Below, piece by piece: positions 23,603-37,878 of a DNA stretch of 64,000 nucleotides. The first letter of the stretch is position 1, and every line of letters begins with the position of its first letter. The notes beneath the pieces were generated by a model. That model made no database searches, had not been told where the DNA came from, and worked only from the letters and a program-made list of their open reading frames with translations. This DNA is from Eledone cirrhosa (taxonomy: Eukaryota): the NCBI GenBank assembly GCA_964016885.1, contig OZ024757.1, positions 24,304,001 to 24,368,000 on the forward strand. Reading direction: 5' to 3'. Both the position numbers and the translations under genes were made by a program.

Positions 23603-23729
23603 GCCTAAAGAACTTCTTGGGTATCTATCTACCTATATACCCGTCCACATCGGTGCTGACCTGGGTAGATGGATAGATAGATAAATAGGTAGGTAGGTAG
23701 GTTAGATAGATAAATATAGAGAGATAGAT

Positions 23730-24062
23730 ATCTTTCTTTATTTGCCACAGGGGCGTACAAAAGTGGGACATTACAAGATGTGACGGCGGGGGTTTTACAT
23801 AAAATCTTTAACAATGATAAATAACAATAAACTATATAAAAATAAAACAATTGAAATCCCCAAATAGAGAGATAGATATGTTTCTTTATTAGCCACAGGG
23901 GGACAAATACAAAGGGGGAAGTTTACATACAATAAAAACGTGTAAAATATTATCACAAATGTAATTTAAAAATTAGTCGATTTTCCCCAATAGGGGGAGA
24001 CATTTCGTATGGGTAACACATACCCCAGAAAAAAATGTGCAACCCTCATCTTCAGGAGTACG
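23730..24062 (-). mobile_element. Two short 3'-UTR fragments of a Tx1/L1-like LINE in a (GATA)n tract
   Basis: TTTATT(T/A)GCCACAGGG...ACAA ends at 23737 and 23885 match the end at 24405. Confidence 0.65.
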
Positions 24063-24396
24063 AAGAGATAGGTAAATAGTTAGGTGGGTATGTGTATAGC
24101 TGGGTAGGTGAATAGGTGGATAGGTAGATAAATAGATAGGTGGGTAGATAGATAGATAGATAGATAGATGGATGGATGGAGTGGTAGATAGATGGATGGA
24201 TGGAGAGGTAGATAGGTGGGTGGGGAGGGGTAGATAGATAGGTGGGGGGATTAGGTTAGTGGGTGAGAAGGTGGGTTTGTAGGTAGATGGTGGGTAAATA
24301 GTTTGTTAGATGATTAGACCGGTTGATAAATAGATGAATGAGTGGGTATGTAGGTAAGTAGATAGGTTGGTAGGTAATCAGATGGACAAATAGATT

Positions 24397-24955
24397 ATTT
24401 TTTTTTATTTGCCACCAGGGCATCAAAAAGTGGGACAAGTACAATGGGGGAGTTTACATAACAAGGCGTCCTCAATAAGGAGGAGGCAATAACAATGTAT
24501 AAAAATAAAATAAAATATAACAAAATAAATTTTATAACAAAATCCTCAATAGGGAGGAGGTGCCTTGGAGGGTCGCACACACCCCCGAAAAAAAGTGTGC
24601 AACCCTTCTCCTCAGGAGCACAGAGAGGGGATGCTCCCTTGATTTTTCATCTTCCTCACCTATAGTCTGATGTAGAGTGAAGGCCCATTCACACGGGCCA
24701 TTCTCGCCACTTTCACCCATCTTTCATAAAAACGGCTGGGGTGCAGCACCTCTCTCTCCATCCTGATCCTTCTTCCGAAATGATATCGGAAGAAACGGAC
24801 TAGTTGTTGGCCAGAGAGAAAGGTGTCTGACCTCAGTCCTTTCAGACGCGTCCACCATACAACCTCTTTCGCCATGGCTATTACGCACAGAAACACCGCC
24901 TCTCCTTCGTTTTTGAAGAGGGGAGGTGGCTTGATCGTTACAACAGACTCAATAG
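24397..24955 (-). pseudogene. Tx1/L1-like LINE ORF2 C-terminus and 3' UTR
   Basis: ORF ...FLCVIAMAKEVVWWTRLKGL...MEREVLHPSRFYERW resembles Tx1-clade ORF2 tails (AKxxIWxxR, FxxRW); AATAAA and A-rich end. Confidence 0.65.
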
Positions 24956-25275
24956 ATTGACAGACAGACAGACAGACAGACAGACATACACACAAATGGA
25001 TGGATTAAAAAGTAAGACACCCAAACTTTCACACAAGCGAGACGTTATGTAAATCACTTTGGAATGATTGAGTGACATAGAGAAATCGTGTTTATGTCTA
25101 TACTACATAGAGAACACATTAAAGTTTCTAGAGAAGGTTAAAGTATCACCACTCACTACTACTACACAAACTATAATTTATTATTTCACCTTTACAACAG
25201 GATTTTAACAGTCATTCGTCATAGGGCGTTCTATAGAAAATTGGTGCCGCTGACATTTCCATAACCACTGCTCTT

Positions 25276-26040
25276 GTGTTGATGGTGGTGGTGGTGGTGG
25301 TAGTGGTTGTGGTGGTAGTGGTTGTGGTATTGATGGTGGTAGTGGTTGTGGTATTGATGGTAGTGGTTGTGGTATTGATGGTGGTGGTAGTGGTTGTGGT
25401 ATTGATGGTGGTGGTGGTGGTAGTGGTTGTGGTATTGATGGTGGTGGTGGTGGTAGTGGTTGTGGTATTGATGGTGGTGGTAGTGGTTGTGGTATTGATG
25501 GTGGTGGTGGTGGTTGTGGTATTGATGGTGGTGGTGGTGGTGGTAGTGGTTGTGGTATTGATGGTGGTGGTAGTGGTTGTGGTATTGGTGGTGGTGGTAG
25601 TGGTTGTGGTATTGATGGTGGTGGTGGTAGCGGTTGTGGTATTGATGGTGGTGGTGGTAGTGGTTGTGATATTGATCGTGGTAGTGGTTGTGGTATTGAT
25701 GGTGGTGGTGATGGTAGTGGTTGTGGTATTGATGGTGGTGGTGGTAGTGGTTGTGGTATTGATGGTGGTGGTGCTAGTGGTTGTGGTATTGATGGTGGTG
25801 GTGCTAGTGGTTGTGGTATTGATGGTGGTGGTGGTAGTGGTTGTGGTATTGATGGTGGTGGTGGTATTGGTGATGGTAGTAGTATTGGTGATGGTAGTTG
25901 TATTAGTTGTGCTGCTCGTCGTGGTAATGGTGATTGTGGGGGTGGGAGTGCTGGTGCTTGTGCAGCTTCTGGCGGTGGAGATGATGGAGGTGCTTGTGTT
26001 AGTGATGGTGGTGGAGTGGTGATGGCGTGATGGTGATGAT
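25276..26040. repeat. (GTG)n-based minisatellite
   Basis: Repeating GTGGTAGTGGTTGTGGTATTGATG; source of the spurious poly-Val ORF. Confidence 0.9.
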
Positions 26041-27511
26041 GATGCTGCTGTAGTTATTGATGATGGTGATGATCGGGGAAGATGACATTTAATGATAGAT
26101 GCAGTGATAATTGATGCCTCAAGTCAGTTCTGGTCACCCCCAGTTAAACAATCATACGACATTCTGTCTTTGACCATCCCGATTTTTTTCAAAGGACTCG
26201 AGGATCCAGGACATAAATCTGATGTGGCCTTTCTTTTTAATAAAGATAGGGTATAATTAGAGGGAAATAGGCTACTATGTTTAATAGTTCCACCTACCAC
26301 ATACGTTGAGGAGACTTGGGTGGTAAATGGAGGGTCTGGTATTTGAATTGGGTGGTAAATGGAGGGTCTGGTATCTTAATTAACTTAAAGACTGGTGTAC
26401 GGAATGCCTTGCACAAGAGTTTCTTAATTGAATGAAATGTACCTCTTAGTTGGCAAAAGAAAACAAACCTCTAGTAGCCATTGTTCGCGATTCTTAAAGA
26501 GAAGGGGAGATAATTTGAAAAGTTGGGAATTTATTTATATCGATAGTGGTAATGGTAGTTTGGTCTTTGTTTCCTTGTCATATACGGCTATTTGCCTATG
26601 TTTATATCATGTAAACAACCACAAGGGAACAAGTATTTCAAGGGCTAATATGCCCATTCGCTCGTAGTAGTATTTTGAAATGGATATTGATGAAAACCCA
26701 ATTAGGTCCGAAAACCGATTAAAGGTGTTTGCCACTTTTTATCGATTTACAGGGAAATTCGTGTTTGCTGACATTACATGTTTACATATAAAAAATGTGT
26801 AGATTTAAATAGGCGCCGTCTCGGTTAACCACTCTCTCTCTATATATATATATATGACTTTATCGTACACTTCGGCTGCTTAGCGCAATTTATATATCTA
26901 GAGATGTCTGCCTGTGTATATATATATATATATATATACTATACATATATGTGTGTGTGCATACACTATATACATATATGAAGTCGTTTATTATAATTAT
27001 TGATAATATCAAAATTAATTAATTTCTTAATAGTATCAACCGGTTAACTTTATTGAAAAAACTTACCCAAAATGCTATGAATCCTTTATAAGTTTGAACA
27101 GTAACCAGACATTCTAATTAGCGTCTAACTTCTTCATACCAGCTAGTAAATCATGTGTTAAATTTATGACACCTATGACAGGCTTTATATTGATGATGGG
27201 AGTTTCTTTTGTGGCAATAATTTACAGGTAGATGCCACTTTTTTTAACTAAGCTTTTTTAGTTACTTCTTACGACACGTAGAGATACGGTTTATCTAAAG
27301 TAAACCGGACACCTATTGAAGAAAACAACGTCTAACTTCTTCGTAGCAATTAGAGTTTCAAAGCCATTTTCTATAGAATCTCCTATAGCGCGCGTTCTGT
27401 TGCTCATCGGGTCTTTTGGATGACAATGTTTTACAGTAGGGTTCCCTTCCTGGAACTAATGTTTTTTATTCACCCCTTAAGACAAATAGAAAAACGTCTA
27501 ACTTCGTATCA

Positions 27512-27542
<31 letters not shown>

Positions 27543-27885
27543 CTTCTTCTTCTTCTTTGTCGTCACAACCTTACGATTGAAATCACAACCTTACGATTGT
27601 GAATCCAATTCGCTAATCAGTAAATCACGCGTCTTCACAGCGATATTCGAAACGTAATCTAAAGAGGATAGACATAGAAAAAAGTGTAAATTCTTCGTAC
27701 GAAGGACATATTTAACTATGGTGATAATGTGATAGTTGGCAGTAAGGAAGATTTGACTTCTATTTCTAGCAGATGGAATGGCTACCAAGACACACTATTG
27801 TTAGTCAGTTAGTCCCATGGGGAAGCTTTTATTGCTGTTGCTGTTGTTGTTGTCGTTATTTATCCCCTCTTCATACTTTATACTG

Positions 27886-28165
27886 TGGAGGCACTTGGCC
27901 TAGTGGTAAGGGTTTTGGGACGATCATGATGCCATGGGTTCGATTCCAGGATTGGATTATGTGTTGCATTTTTCAACTAAACACTTCCTTTCACGTTGCT
28001 CCGGTATATTCAGCTGAAAATGAGTACCAGCAGTAGATGGGGGCTTAAGCCTGCGATGGACTGGCGTCCTGTCCAGGGGGAATCTTGTACTTTCAGTAGC
28101 TTAACTCTACGAAAACCGCGATAAGTACCGGTCCGATGAGGCTCCGGACTCGAGACAGACTTTAG
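27886..28165 (+). mobile_element. tRNA SINE family C (V-domain-like centre)
   Basis: A-box TGGCCTAGTGG, B-box GGTTCGATTCC, CCTGCGATGGACTGGCGTCCTGTCCAGGGG motif. Confidence 0.8.
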
Positions 28166-28473
28166 ATACCTTATACTGCAGACCTACGACCAACCATTTT
28201 ATATATGTAGGATTACGTTAAGCAATCCGTCCTTCCTTTAATTCTTTAGTTAAGGTGACACGAGAGAGATGTGACTGCTATTCCTAATACGTCGAGCAAT
28301 CGAAAAGGTGATAATCGATGCAGGTGATAATGGCGGTGGCGTTGTTGGTGGTGGCCGTGGTTGTCGTCGTCGTATGATGATAATACGATGACGGCGATGA
28401 TGATGATGATGATGACAAGGACTTTCCCACGTTCTATTTCTACATATATATATATACATATATATGCATGTAT

Positions 28474-28522
<49 letters not shown>

Positions 28523-28524
28523 TA

Positions 28525-28570
<46 letters not shown>

Positions 28571-28804
28571 CGGAAAGGAGGCACGAAGGAGAGGTAGTCT
28601 ACAGATGCAGAAATATTAAATCTCCAAAGAGACGAAGAGAGAGAGAGAGGGGTGGGGGAAGAAGGGAGATAATCAGGTGATGTGGACGATACTTAGATGT
28701 GACGTACTTCAATAAAAAAAAACTATCATATATCTATTTCTATCATATTTTCAAGCTTTAATAAATGCAGTAGTTACTTTTGATGTGACAGATTATGTGT
28801 GTGT

Positions 28805-28843
<39 letters not shown>

Positions 28844-28951
28844 CATATATAATATGTATATAGATATAAATTGTAAATCATTTATAAATATATGTATAAG
28901 ATACAAATGTCAAATCAACGTATTAACTAACTGAGTGATTATATATGTACA

Positions 28952-28983
<32 letters not shown>

Positions 28984-29163
28984 CGCATGAAACAAAATAT
29001 GGAAATTAATATATATATCTTTTTTATTTCTTTTTATTTCTTCTCTCTTTATGTATGTCTCTCACTCTCTCTCATTCTCTCTCATTCTCTCTCTCACACA
29101 CACACACAGACATGCCCTCTAATATATATCTATACGTGTAAATGTATCTGTTTCTGTATATCC

Positions 29164-29224
<61 letters not shown>

Positions 29225-29321
29225 AGTTAACGAGAGATCGCTTAAGGCAATCCAAGTAGAGGTTATGTGTACTCTGTATCCAGGATAGTTCTAACGTTCG
29301 GCGTTGTTTGACTCAACAAGA

Positions 29322-29733
29322 AGTTTACTTAACTTTGGTAGGTTTCGGCCAGTATTGGCCCAGGCAATGTCTTTCCAATCAGGATTTGGACACCATGGCC
29401 CACTCAGAGTTAATGTTTACGCAGACAGGAGGTTTATCCAGGATTTCTTGGAGGAATTTGTCCAAAAGCGTTTTGAATTGAATTTTATGGCTGTTTCTGT
29501 TTTAATGTGTTTTGATGTAATGTTAAATATAGCGGGACCAGTTGAGGTGAAATAATAGTGCCGTAATGTTGTTGTGAGATGCGAGTTTGATTTTTGTTGT
29601 GGGCGAATAGCACAGGGCCCAAGCCTTAGGTGTACCTTAAAGGTGATGCCAACATCAATTTGGGCAATTCTGACCATGCATGTAGCGCTCGTGGCGACTT
29701 TGGAGGGGATAGAGTTTGAGCTTTTCTAGTTGA

Positions 29734-29735
<2 letters not shown>
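29322..29735 (-). pseudogene. CR1-group LINE 3' fragment
   Basis: TLRHYYFTSTGPAIFNITSKHIK.../LDKFLQEILDKP pattern; homolog at 42050-42495. Confidence 0.7.
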
Positions 29736-29801
<66 letters not shown>

Positions 29802-29893
29802 GGGCTAACACCACATTCTGGATCTGAGCATATCGACGAATTAGCAAGGTAAAATCTATTCCAACATTGTTTTCCTGTTTTTTTCTGTTCAAG

Positions 29894-29960
29894 TTCTAAC
29901 TGTCTGATGAGGTCATAGCTGTTGAATAATGGCTATCACTGAAATATATATAGCAGCGAA
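29894..29960 (+). ncRNA. Minimal type I hammerhead ribozyme
   Basis: CTGT-CTGATGA-ggtcATAGCTGTT...AATGGCTATcact-GAAA-TatatA-TA-GCAG. Confidence 0.8.
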
Positions 29961-30103
29961 TATGAATAAACGAAGATAATGTTAACATGTTGACTTACAC
30001 TTCTTGCTTATACATTGCTCCGGAGTAAACAGACCAACCTGCGCACTTCGTTGATTGCTCTAACCTGCATACTGAAGTGTCTGTAAACAACCAGCACATA
30101 CTC

Positions 30104-30183
<80 letters not shown>

Positions 30184-30190
<7 letters not shown>

Positions 30191-30428
30191 AGAAAATGAA
30201 AAATCAGTGATGCCTCTAAACTCAATTTATTGTGGGTTACAATTGTTTCCCCAGCGGACAGCTCGAGACGCGATCCTTGTGTGGATCTATCTGATTCTGG
30301 ACCCGCAGGTTCGACGGACACGTCTAATGATTTCGGAGCATATTCTCGAGCTGTCCGCCGGGGAAACAATTGTAACACAAAATAAATTGAGTTCAGATGC
30401 ATCACTGATTTTTCGTTTTCTATTCTAT
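30184..30428. mobile_element. Fold-back element (~88-bp arms) with degenerate hammerhead (CTAATGA core)
   Basis: Arms TAGAATAGAAAA...CAGCTCGAGA / TCTCGAGCTG...TTTTCTATTCTA; GAAA-CaattG-TA at 30363-30374. Confidence 0.75.
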
Positions 30429-30502
30429 CATACTCTGCTCTGTAAGAGCATGGAGTGCTCAACCAGCATACCGCCTATGGAAGCATCTTAGCCACCATCA
30501 GA

Positions 30503-30610
<108 letters not shown>

Positions 30611-31606
30611 CTTCAAATATTCCAATTCGGAAGAAATATGTAATCTAAACTATAATAAAGGAAGGTCTGCAGGACTGCGTACGGTTTATTTTTTTTTATC
30701 CCGTTAGTAAAATAAGTTGGATTACTTTGAATAAATAATTGTATCTACTTTTGGAACAAGGCCAGCAATTACCCAGTACATTACTGGTACTTTATTTTAT
30801 CGACCCCGTAAGGATGAATAAATAATGAATGAATATTACGTATCTACTAAATTTCGTAAGCAAAAATAATTTCGTAAAAATAAATAATTTAAAATTGACT
30901 TCTTTTCAAAGTTGCACTTCCGGTATATCGTTGCTACCACCACCACTTTAACTACCATATATATAGAAAGAGAGAGTGTGTGATGTCAACACTTCCGGTG
31001 GCCATCACTTAAATAATCATACTAATTTTCTGTCACTAATTTTCTCCTAATGCAGTTTATATATAATATCGTCTTTTTTTAATGTATCATGGATTACGTT
31101 ACTGATTACATAAGACAGTGTAACAACGTCTTCGTTCAATTTCTGTTTATATTGTCAATTACGATTTTATTTGATGTGTCATATCTACATGCATATATAC
31201 TTGCGTATAATATCAATATACACACTACACATGCTAGCAGAAAACCACCCGAACAGTGGTTTTTCTGGTAGTTCAAATTAATAACTCAATACAGATTATG
31301 CGAAATTCATTCAGTATATTTCTTACAATTAGCAGCTTCATCCAGAATGGATCCAGGATAATTTTATCCGAAATGACCGTAAACGTCTCCCCCATCAGTC
31401 TAACTTGAGTTGACCCCTTGTCGACGACCTTCCGCATGATCGGCCAACTTCATATAAACTTCCGTTTTCAGCTATTCCATCACTCGAGTCGAAAATCTAC
31501 AAAAAGATACGTTTCCTCGTGGATGGTTTGTTTACTGTTGTGGAACTAACTTTATACCGAACCCGTCCTATGGACAGAGTACTCTCCCAGTGTTCTACCA
31601 CTATAT

Positions 31607-31917
31607 ATGGTGGCTGCCAACTCGTTTTCGAGTACGGCCACTACTTTATATCCATGTAGGAGAACCCCTACCAATGCGCTGAACGAGTGTGACTTTTTAG
31701 TCCAGCCAGCGACTTGAAAACTCTGGTACAAACACTACACCTGTGACAATTATTGACACATAGTGCTGGGCCCATGGTACCATGTGACGACAAGTGCAGA
31801 GAGATCTCCAGATATAAAGCAATGCCTGTGCTGTGAAGCTTTTATAGTGAGCAAAGGCACTGCACAAAGCCAGTCCCACTCTCTTAACCAAGATGATATT
31901 TACCAAAAAGAAGAACA
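31607..31917 (-). mobile_element. 600-bp non-autonomous element, 3' half
   Basis: Reverse complement of the 38960-39268 region. Confidence 0.85.
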
Positions 31918-32696
31918 TATATATATATATGTGTATACATCCATACATACATACACATACATACATACATACATATACATACATACATATACATATATAT
32001 ATACACACATACATATACATATATATATATATACATCCATACATACATACATACATACATACATACATACATACATACATACATACATACATACATACAT
32101 ACATACATACAACTAGTTAGGAAACTACAAGTACAATCCATTAATGGAACAGTAAAAATATGTAAAACATTCCAAAATTGTTGCATCTAATAACTGCATA
32201 TACACTTGTACAGATACAAAGCATATACACATGCACACATAAAACTCAAAACATCCACATCCACACATACAATAACATCCATATCTACACATGCATGCAT
32301 ACATATCTACCTAGTTGATGTTGTGTAAATTCCAATGAGAGAGTCTTGTGTCTATGTTAGAAACCGACTCTCTCTCTATTGGGAAAAAAATTGTGAAATT
32401 ATAAAACCAGAAGAACATACACACATACGTATATACATATATACAGGGTGTACACATATTTATTAGAATGCTGTCGGAGTGTGTATACATTTTTTTGTTG
32501 GGGTGGGGGGGGGGGGCAATATATATATATATATATAGTTAGGAATGGGCGTTTAAAATATCATTACACTCAAAACATTCAAACATTAACTGAATAAGCA
32601 CTCAATACCGGGTGTTGAATTTATTTTCCGAAGAGAAAAGTGGCAGTGACTTCGAAGTTTAAGTTTGTTCGCATTTTCTGGTTACACACACACACA

Positions 32697-32746
<50 letters not shown>

Positions 32747-32787
32747 TATATATTGCCTCTCTGCTTTGTTCCCGTTCCGTGTTTCAC

Positions 32788-32818
<31 letters not shown>

Positions 32819-34169
32819 ATGTGAGTAAGTGTGTATGTGTGTGTATGCACATGGATATGTTTATTTGATTTTGTCGGTAATGTATACATATATGTATGCA
32901 CATACATACGTGTGTGTGTGTGTGTGTGTTATGTACAGATCTGCATATATTGAGGCATGAAATCTTAAAGGTCAGTCTATGTGCAAAATTAGGGTTTTTC
33001 TCCATTCTATAATCTCTTTAGCTCCCTCTCTGTCTGTCCCTCCCTCCCTCTCTTTTTGTCTCTTCATGTCTCTCTCTTTCTCGCCATCTCCTCCCCCCTC
33101 TCTCTCTCTCTATTTCATGCAATGTTTATCTAGAATCTCACTGTATTAGTCCATCCTGTATGTAAATCTTAATATATAAAAGTCATTGTATGCATGTATA
33201 TATATATATATGTGTGTGTGTGTGAGAGAGAGTTTGCGTGTGTCTGTGAGTGTATGTAGGTGTATAAATGTGTGTGTCTGTATATGTATGTATATATGTA
33301 AGTGCGTATATATATATGTATGTGTGTGTGTGTGTGCATGTATATATATATATATATGTGTGTGCCTGTATGTATGTGCATGTTCTAAATTGTAGGCCAC
33401 AGTTTTGCATCAAGGATGCTGAAGGTTAGTCTAGGACGACATATTTTCCAAAAGAAGGTTATAGGTCACGTGATTTTCTCTGATTCTATTTAGCTGCAGA
33501 CAGCAATTACTGGATGCAGCGTGTATCTAACGAATGCTGATGACAATCTACAAAGGAACCGTATTTGGTGAGTCAGTGCAGTTGGTTGGTTGTCGGAGTC
33601 GGTAGAGTGACGAATAGAAGAGATTGTCACATTCGTTCAGCCACCCCGACCTCCCATAACTTCCCTCCCACTATATTGCAGTGTTTTGGTGGTCTTATTC
33701 GCGCCACTCGCCAGTTTGGTACTTTTCTCAGAGCTGCGAATACTTGGCGTTTTAGAGGCAGCCTTTACTTGCCTCGTTACTGAGTTATGAGAGTTTTTTT
33801 AGAAGCTAGAGATGTCACCATTGCCCCATCTCACCTAGTTTATCCTGTTGGTCCGGGGTTACTTATTCGTCCGGGAGGTGTCCATTTATATCGCAACCAA
33901 CCATCATATCTGGTGGCTAGATCGTTATCCGCCACCCGCATCCCGTTCTCTAATAGAACAGCTCCGCCGACAAATATAAATACCAATTAAATACCGAAGG
34001 TCGATTCTTGACTTTCTTTTTCCTCTTTCGCGATTCTGCCGTGTGACCGGCCACGAAAGACCACTCTCGGTGTCCTATTTTCCAGAAATAGAACAAAGTT
34101 AGGTGGAGGGCTACAGAAGCCTTCCGAGTACAGCCTAATATTCTGCACAGCATGGAAGTTAAAGTTGAA

Positions 34170-34403
34170 GTCTGTTTTGAGCCGAAGGTTTCTCAGGCCG
34201 GTGCGGCTAAGAGTACAATACTTCCCCTTGGATAGGACGCCGGCCTATCGCAAGTTTAACTCGCCGACTACTGAGAGTACTGGAGCAACAGGAAATAAAG
34301 TGTTTTGCTCAAGAACACAATGCAGTAGCCTGTCTAGGAATCGAACCAACGACATTACTATCGTACGTCAAGTATCCTAACTATTAGGCCATGCGCCTTC
34401 ACA
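34170..34403 (-). mobile_element. tRNA SINE (family C-like head)
   Basis: Reverse complement GTGAAGGCGCATGGCCTAATAGTTAGG...GGTTCGATTCC...TTCTTGAGCAAAACACTTTATTTC. Confidence 0.7.
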
Positions 34404-35469
34404 CAAGTTAGGGTAATAAGTAAATAATATAGTCATTTAATCAACTCGAAAGAGTAGCTAATATCCTCTCAAACCGCAGCTAAATGCTTTAAAAAAAGTT
34501 GTATTGACTGATATTGTCTGGAAAATTCTTGAAGGGCCGATGGTGGACGGTAGGTTTTTGATTAATGGTCTGCTGGTTCATGGTCGACCTGGTGTTAAAC
34601 AACGAAATAGCATTTAGAATAGTATAACTAGACTGACTAAATGTTCTAGAGAGGAAGACAGATAGATAGAAAGACAGAGAAACAGGTTGATAAATAGAGA
34701 GAGGGAGAGAGAAAGAGAAAGGGAAGCAAATAGGTAGGTAGATAGATAGATATGGTGAGAGGTAGTTAGATATGTACGCAGATAGGTAGATAGATAGATA
34801 GATAGATAGATAAAAAGATAGATAGACATAGAGAGATGTAGTTAGACAGGTACGCAGATAGATAGATAGACATGGGGAGATGTAGGTAGACAGGTACGCA
34901 GATAGATAGATAGACATGGGGAGATGTAGGTAGGCAGATAGGTAGATAGATAGATCAGTATGGTGTCGAAGTAGTGGTCTGTGTGTTATTCTTAGTTTAA
35001 TGTGTAGTATAGATATTATTATTACTTCAACTATTTAAATGTATAAAGTTCTATTCTGGAAGTAGTACAGGTATTTTTGTTTCAAAAATCGTGTTTTCTC
35101 ATCTGAACCGGAAGTTCTTGTTTTTCTCAAGTCAACCGGAAGTCTTTTAATCAAAATATCAGCCCTGATGCTATCTTCATAATCAGATTTCGTTCAGATG
35201 GAACGACAAGTTTTGTTGACTATGATAATTTCATATTTAAACGGAAGTTTTTGAAGAATCAACGTTTCAAATACTTGATCTCATTAAGTGCCAGATTGAA
35301 AAAAAAATGGGCTATGTGCTTGGTATATGGTTGAGGAAAAAAGGAAAAACTCGTTGAAGGCGATGTCCAAGCTTGGCCGCAGTTCAACGACTAAAACAGT
35401 AATAGATTAAAAGAATGTCCACTATCAACGGGCGTGATGTATGTATGTTTTGTTTGTTATTGGAGGAGG

Positions 35470-35771
35470 TGGAACGAGAGACTCCTGGTCTTCATTAAGA
35501 CATCTTTCTAGGTGAAGGTCACTCTGAGATAAAACCTGGGACTTCGTTTGCATCCAATGATGTAGACCAGTTCAGTGGGATTGGCCCCGTTCAAAGCCTT
35601 TCCTCACTTTAAAAAGCTTCAAGCACAGGGATCGCTTGATATGTGACATTTTCTGCGATGCATGATATTGCTAACCATAGGCAAGTCCCTAACAGGACTA
35701 AAAAGCTGCGTCCGTGATGATCAGGCTTAAGCATCAAGCGATGGCATTACTCAAAATCGAGTTGCAGCCAA
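35470..35771 (+). mobile_element. 600-bp element subfamily 2, 3' half, with (ATGT)n tail
   Basis: Aligns with 5570-5901. Confidence 0.8.
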
Positions 35772-36445
35772 CATTATGTATGTATGTATGTATGTATGTA
35801 TGTATGTATGTATGTATATCTATGTATTGAGTTCACGATGGTAAGGCCGTGGGTTCATTTTTCAGGGTGAGTAACATATTGTACCTATGGACATGATACG
35901 TCATTTTCCGTTGTTGACATCCATTCAGATGGGAAAATATTCTATATTTCTCGGCGCCTAAGACGCTTCGTCCTCGAGGACGCACCCTAATATTGACAAC
36001 CAAAACTGAAAAAGAATAATAAACAACCTTCGGCTTCCGGTGGATTTTTTAGGCTTATTTTAGGAAAAAAGTAGCGTCTTCGACGCTGGGAAATTCGGTG
36101 GGTACCAGCAGTACATGTTGGTGGCGGTTATGGGAGGAGATAACCTTGTGAAGGGCTGGCATCCCATCCATTGGTGGGGAGGGGTCTTGTATTCTCAATG
36201 AATTAATACCACACGAAATAGAAATAAGTTCGAGTCTCCTCTTTACACAGTTGGTCGGGGTATTCGTTTTTTACTGTTTTTTGTTTAGGAGATATATTTT
36301 TTGCCGCTTAGTCAGGATAAATGGTGTTTTTTTTCCCGGGATTTGGAACTCGGGACGCATGACGCTGGAAAAAATACCGCATGGAATCCCAACCGATGCA
36401 CTGGCACTTTTGCCATTTCGCCGCCTAGATGGTGTCTGAGATGCT

Positions 36446-37591
36446 ATAGTATGGTATGGTATGGTATGGTATGGTATGGTGTAGTATGGTGTAGTATGGT
36501 ATGGTGTAGTATGGTGTAGTATGGTATGGTATGGTATAGTATGGTATGGTGTAGTATGGTATGGTGTGGTATGGTATGGTATGGTATAGTATGGTAGGGT
36601 AGGGTATGGTATGGTATGGTGTAGTATGGTATGGTATAGTAGGGTATGGTATGGTATGGTATGGTATAGTATGGTATGGTAGGGTATGGTAGGGTATGGT
36701 GTAGTATGGTATGGTATGGTATGGTGTAGTATGGTATGGTATGGTATAGTATGGTATGGTATGGTATGGTGTGGTATGGTGTAGTATGGTGTGGTATGGT
36801 ATGGTATGGTATAGTATGGTAGGGTAGGGTATGGTAGGGTATGGTGTAGTATGGTATGGTATGGTATGGTGTAGTATGGTATGGTATGGTATAGTATGGT
36901 ATGGTATGGTATGGTGTAGTATGGTGTGGTATGGTGTAGTATGGTATGGTGTGGTATGGTATGGTATGGTATAGTATGGTAGGGTAGGGTATGGTATGGT
37001 ATGGTGTAGTATGGTATGGTATAGTAGGGTATGGTATGGTATGGTATGGTATAGTATGGTAGGGTAGGGTATGGTAGGGTATGGTGTAGTATGGTATGGT
37101 ATGGTATGGTGTAGTATGGTATGGTATGGTATAGTATGGTATGGTATAGTATGGTATGGTATGGTATAGTATGGTATGGTATGGTATGGTGTAGTATGGT
37201 GTGGTATGGTGTAGTATGGTATGGTGTGGTATGGTATGGTATGGTATAGTATGGTAGGGTAGGGTATGGTATAGTATGGTAGGGTAGGGTATGGTAGGGT
37301 ATGGTAGGGTATGGTATGGTATAGTAGGGTATGGTATGGTATAGTATGGTATGGTAGGGTATGGTAGGGTATGGTAGGGTATGGTATGGTATGGTATGGT
37401 GTAGTATGGTATGGTATGGTAGGGTATGGTATAGTAGGGTAGGGTATGGTATGGTATGGTGTAGTATGGTATGGTATAGTAGGGTATGGTAGGGTATGGT
37501 ATAGTATGGTATGGTATGGTAGGGTATGGTAGGGTATGGTGTAGTATGGTGTAGTATGGTATGGTAGGGTAGGGTATGGTGTAGTATGGTA
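36446..37591. repeat. (ATGGT)n pentanucleotide array
   Basis: ATGGT with variants ATAGT, GTAGT and AGGGT. Confidence 0.95.
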
Positions 37592-37624
37592 TAATCCTAT
37601 AACTCCTTAAAAAGATCAAGAAAC

Positions 37625-37878
37625 GCGGTATTGACATACGGCCTTTCTTGGGCATTTTACGCCTGGCGGAGCCCATCCCTCTCCATCCCTCTCCAGTACA
37701 GCAGATTTCTCCCAGAGAAAGAGATATAGAGGAAGAATCGACCTCAGTACTAGACTGGTACTTTTTTTCTATTGACCTCGAAAGGATGAAAGGCAACGTT
37801 GACCTCGACGGGATTTGAACTCCGAGAGCAGAGAACCGGACCAAATACCATAAAGCATTCTATCCGCCGTTCTAACAA
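37625..37878 (-). mobile_element. SINE family B
   Basis: GGCGGCGAATTGGCAGAGTTGTTAG head, GAGTTCAAATCC; head duplicated at 38031-38082. Confidence 0.8.

Noticed and set aside
25276-26022. 248-aa poly-Val ORF (or Thr-rich mucin-like on the minus strand)
   Set aside because: Pure trinucleotide-based minisatellite with no supporting splice or domain evidence.
36444-37844. 466-aa ORF
   Set aside because: It is a SINE B sequence read into an (ACCAT)n array.
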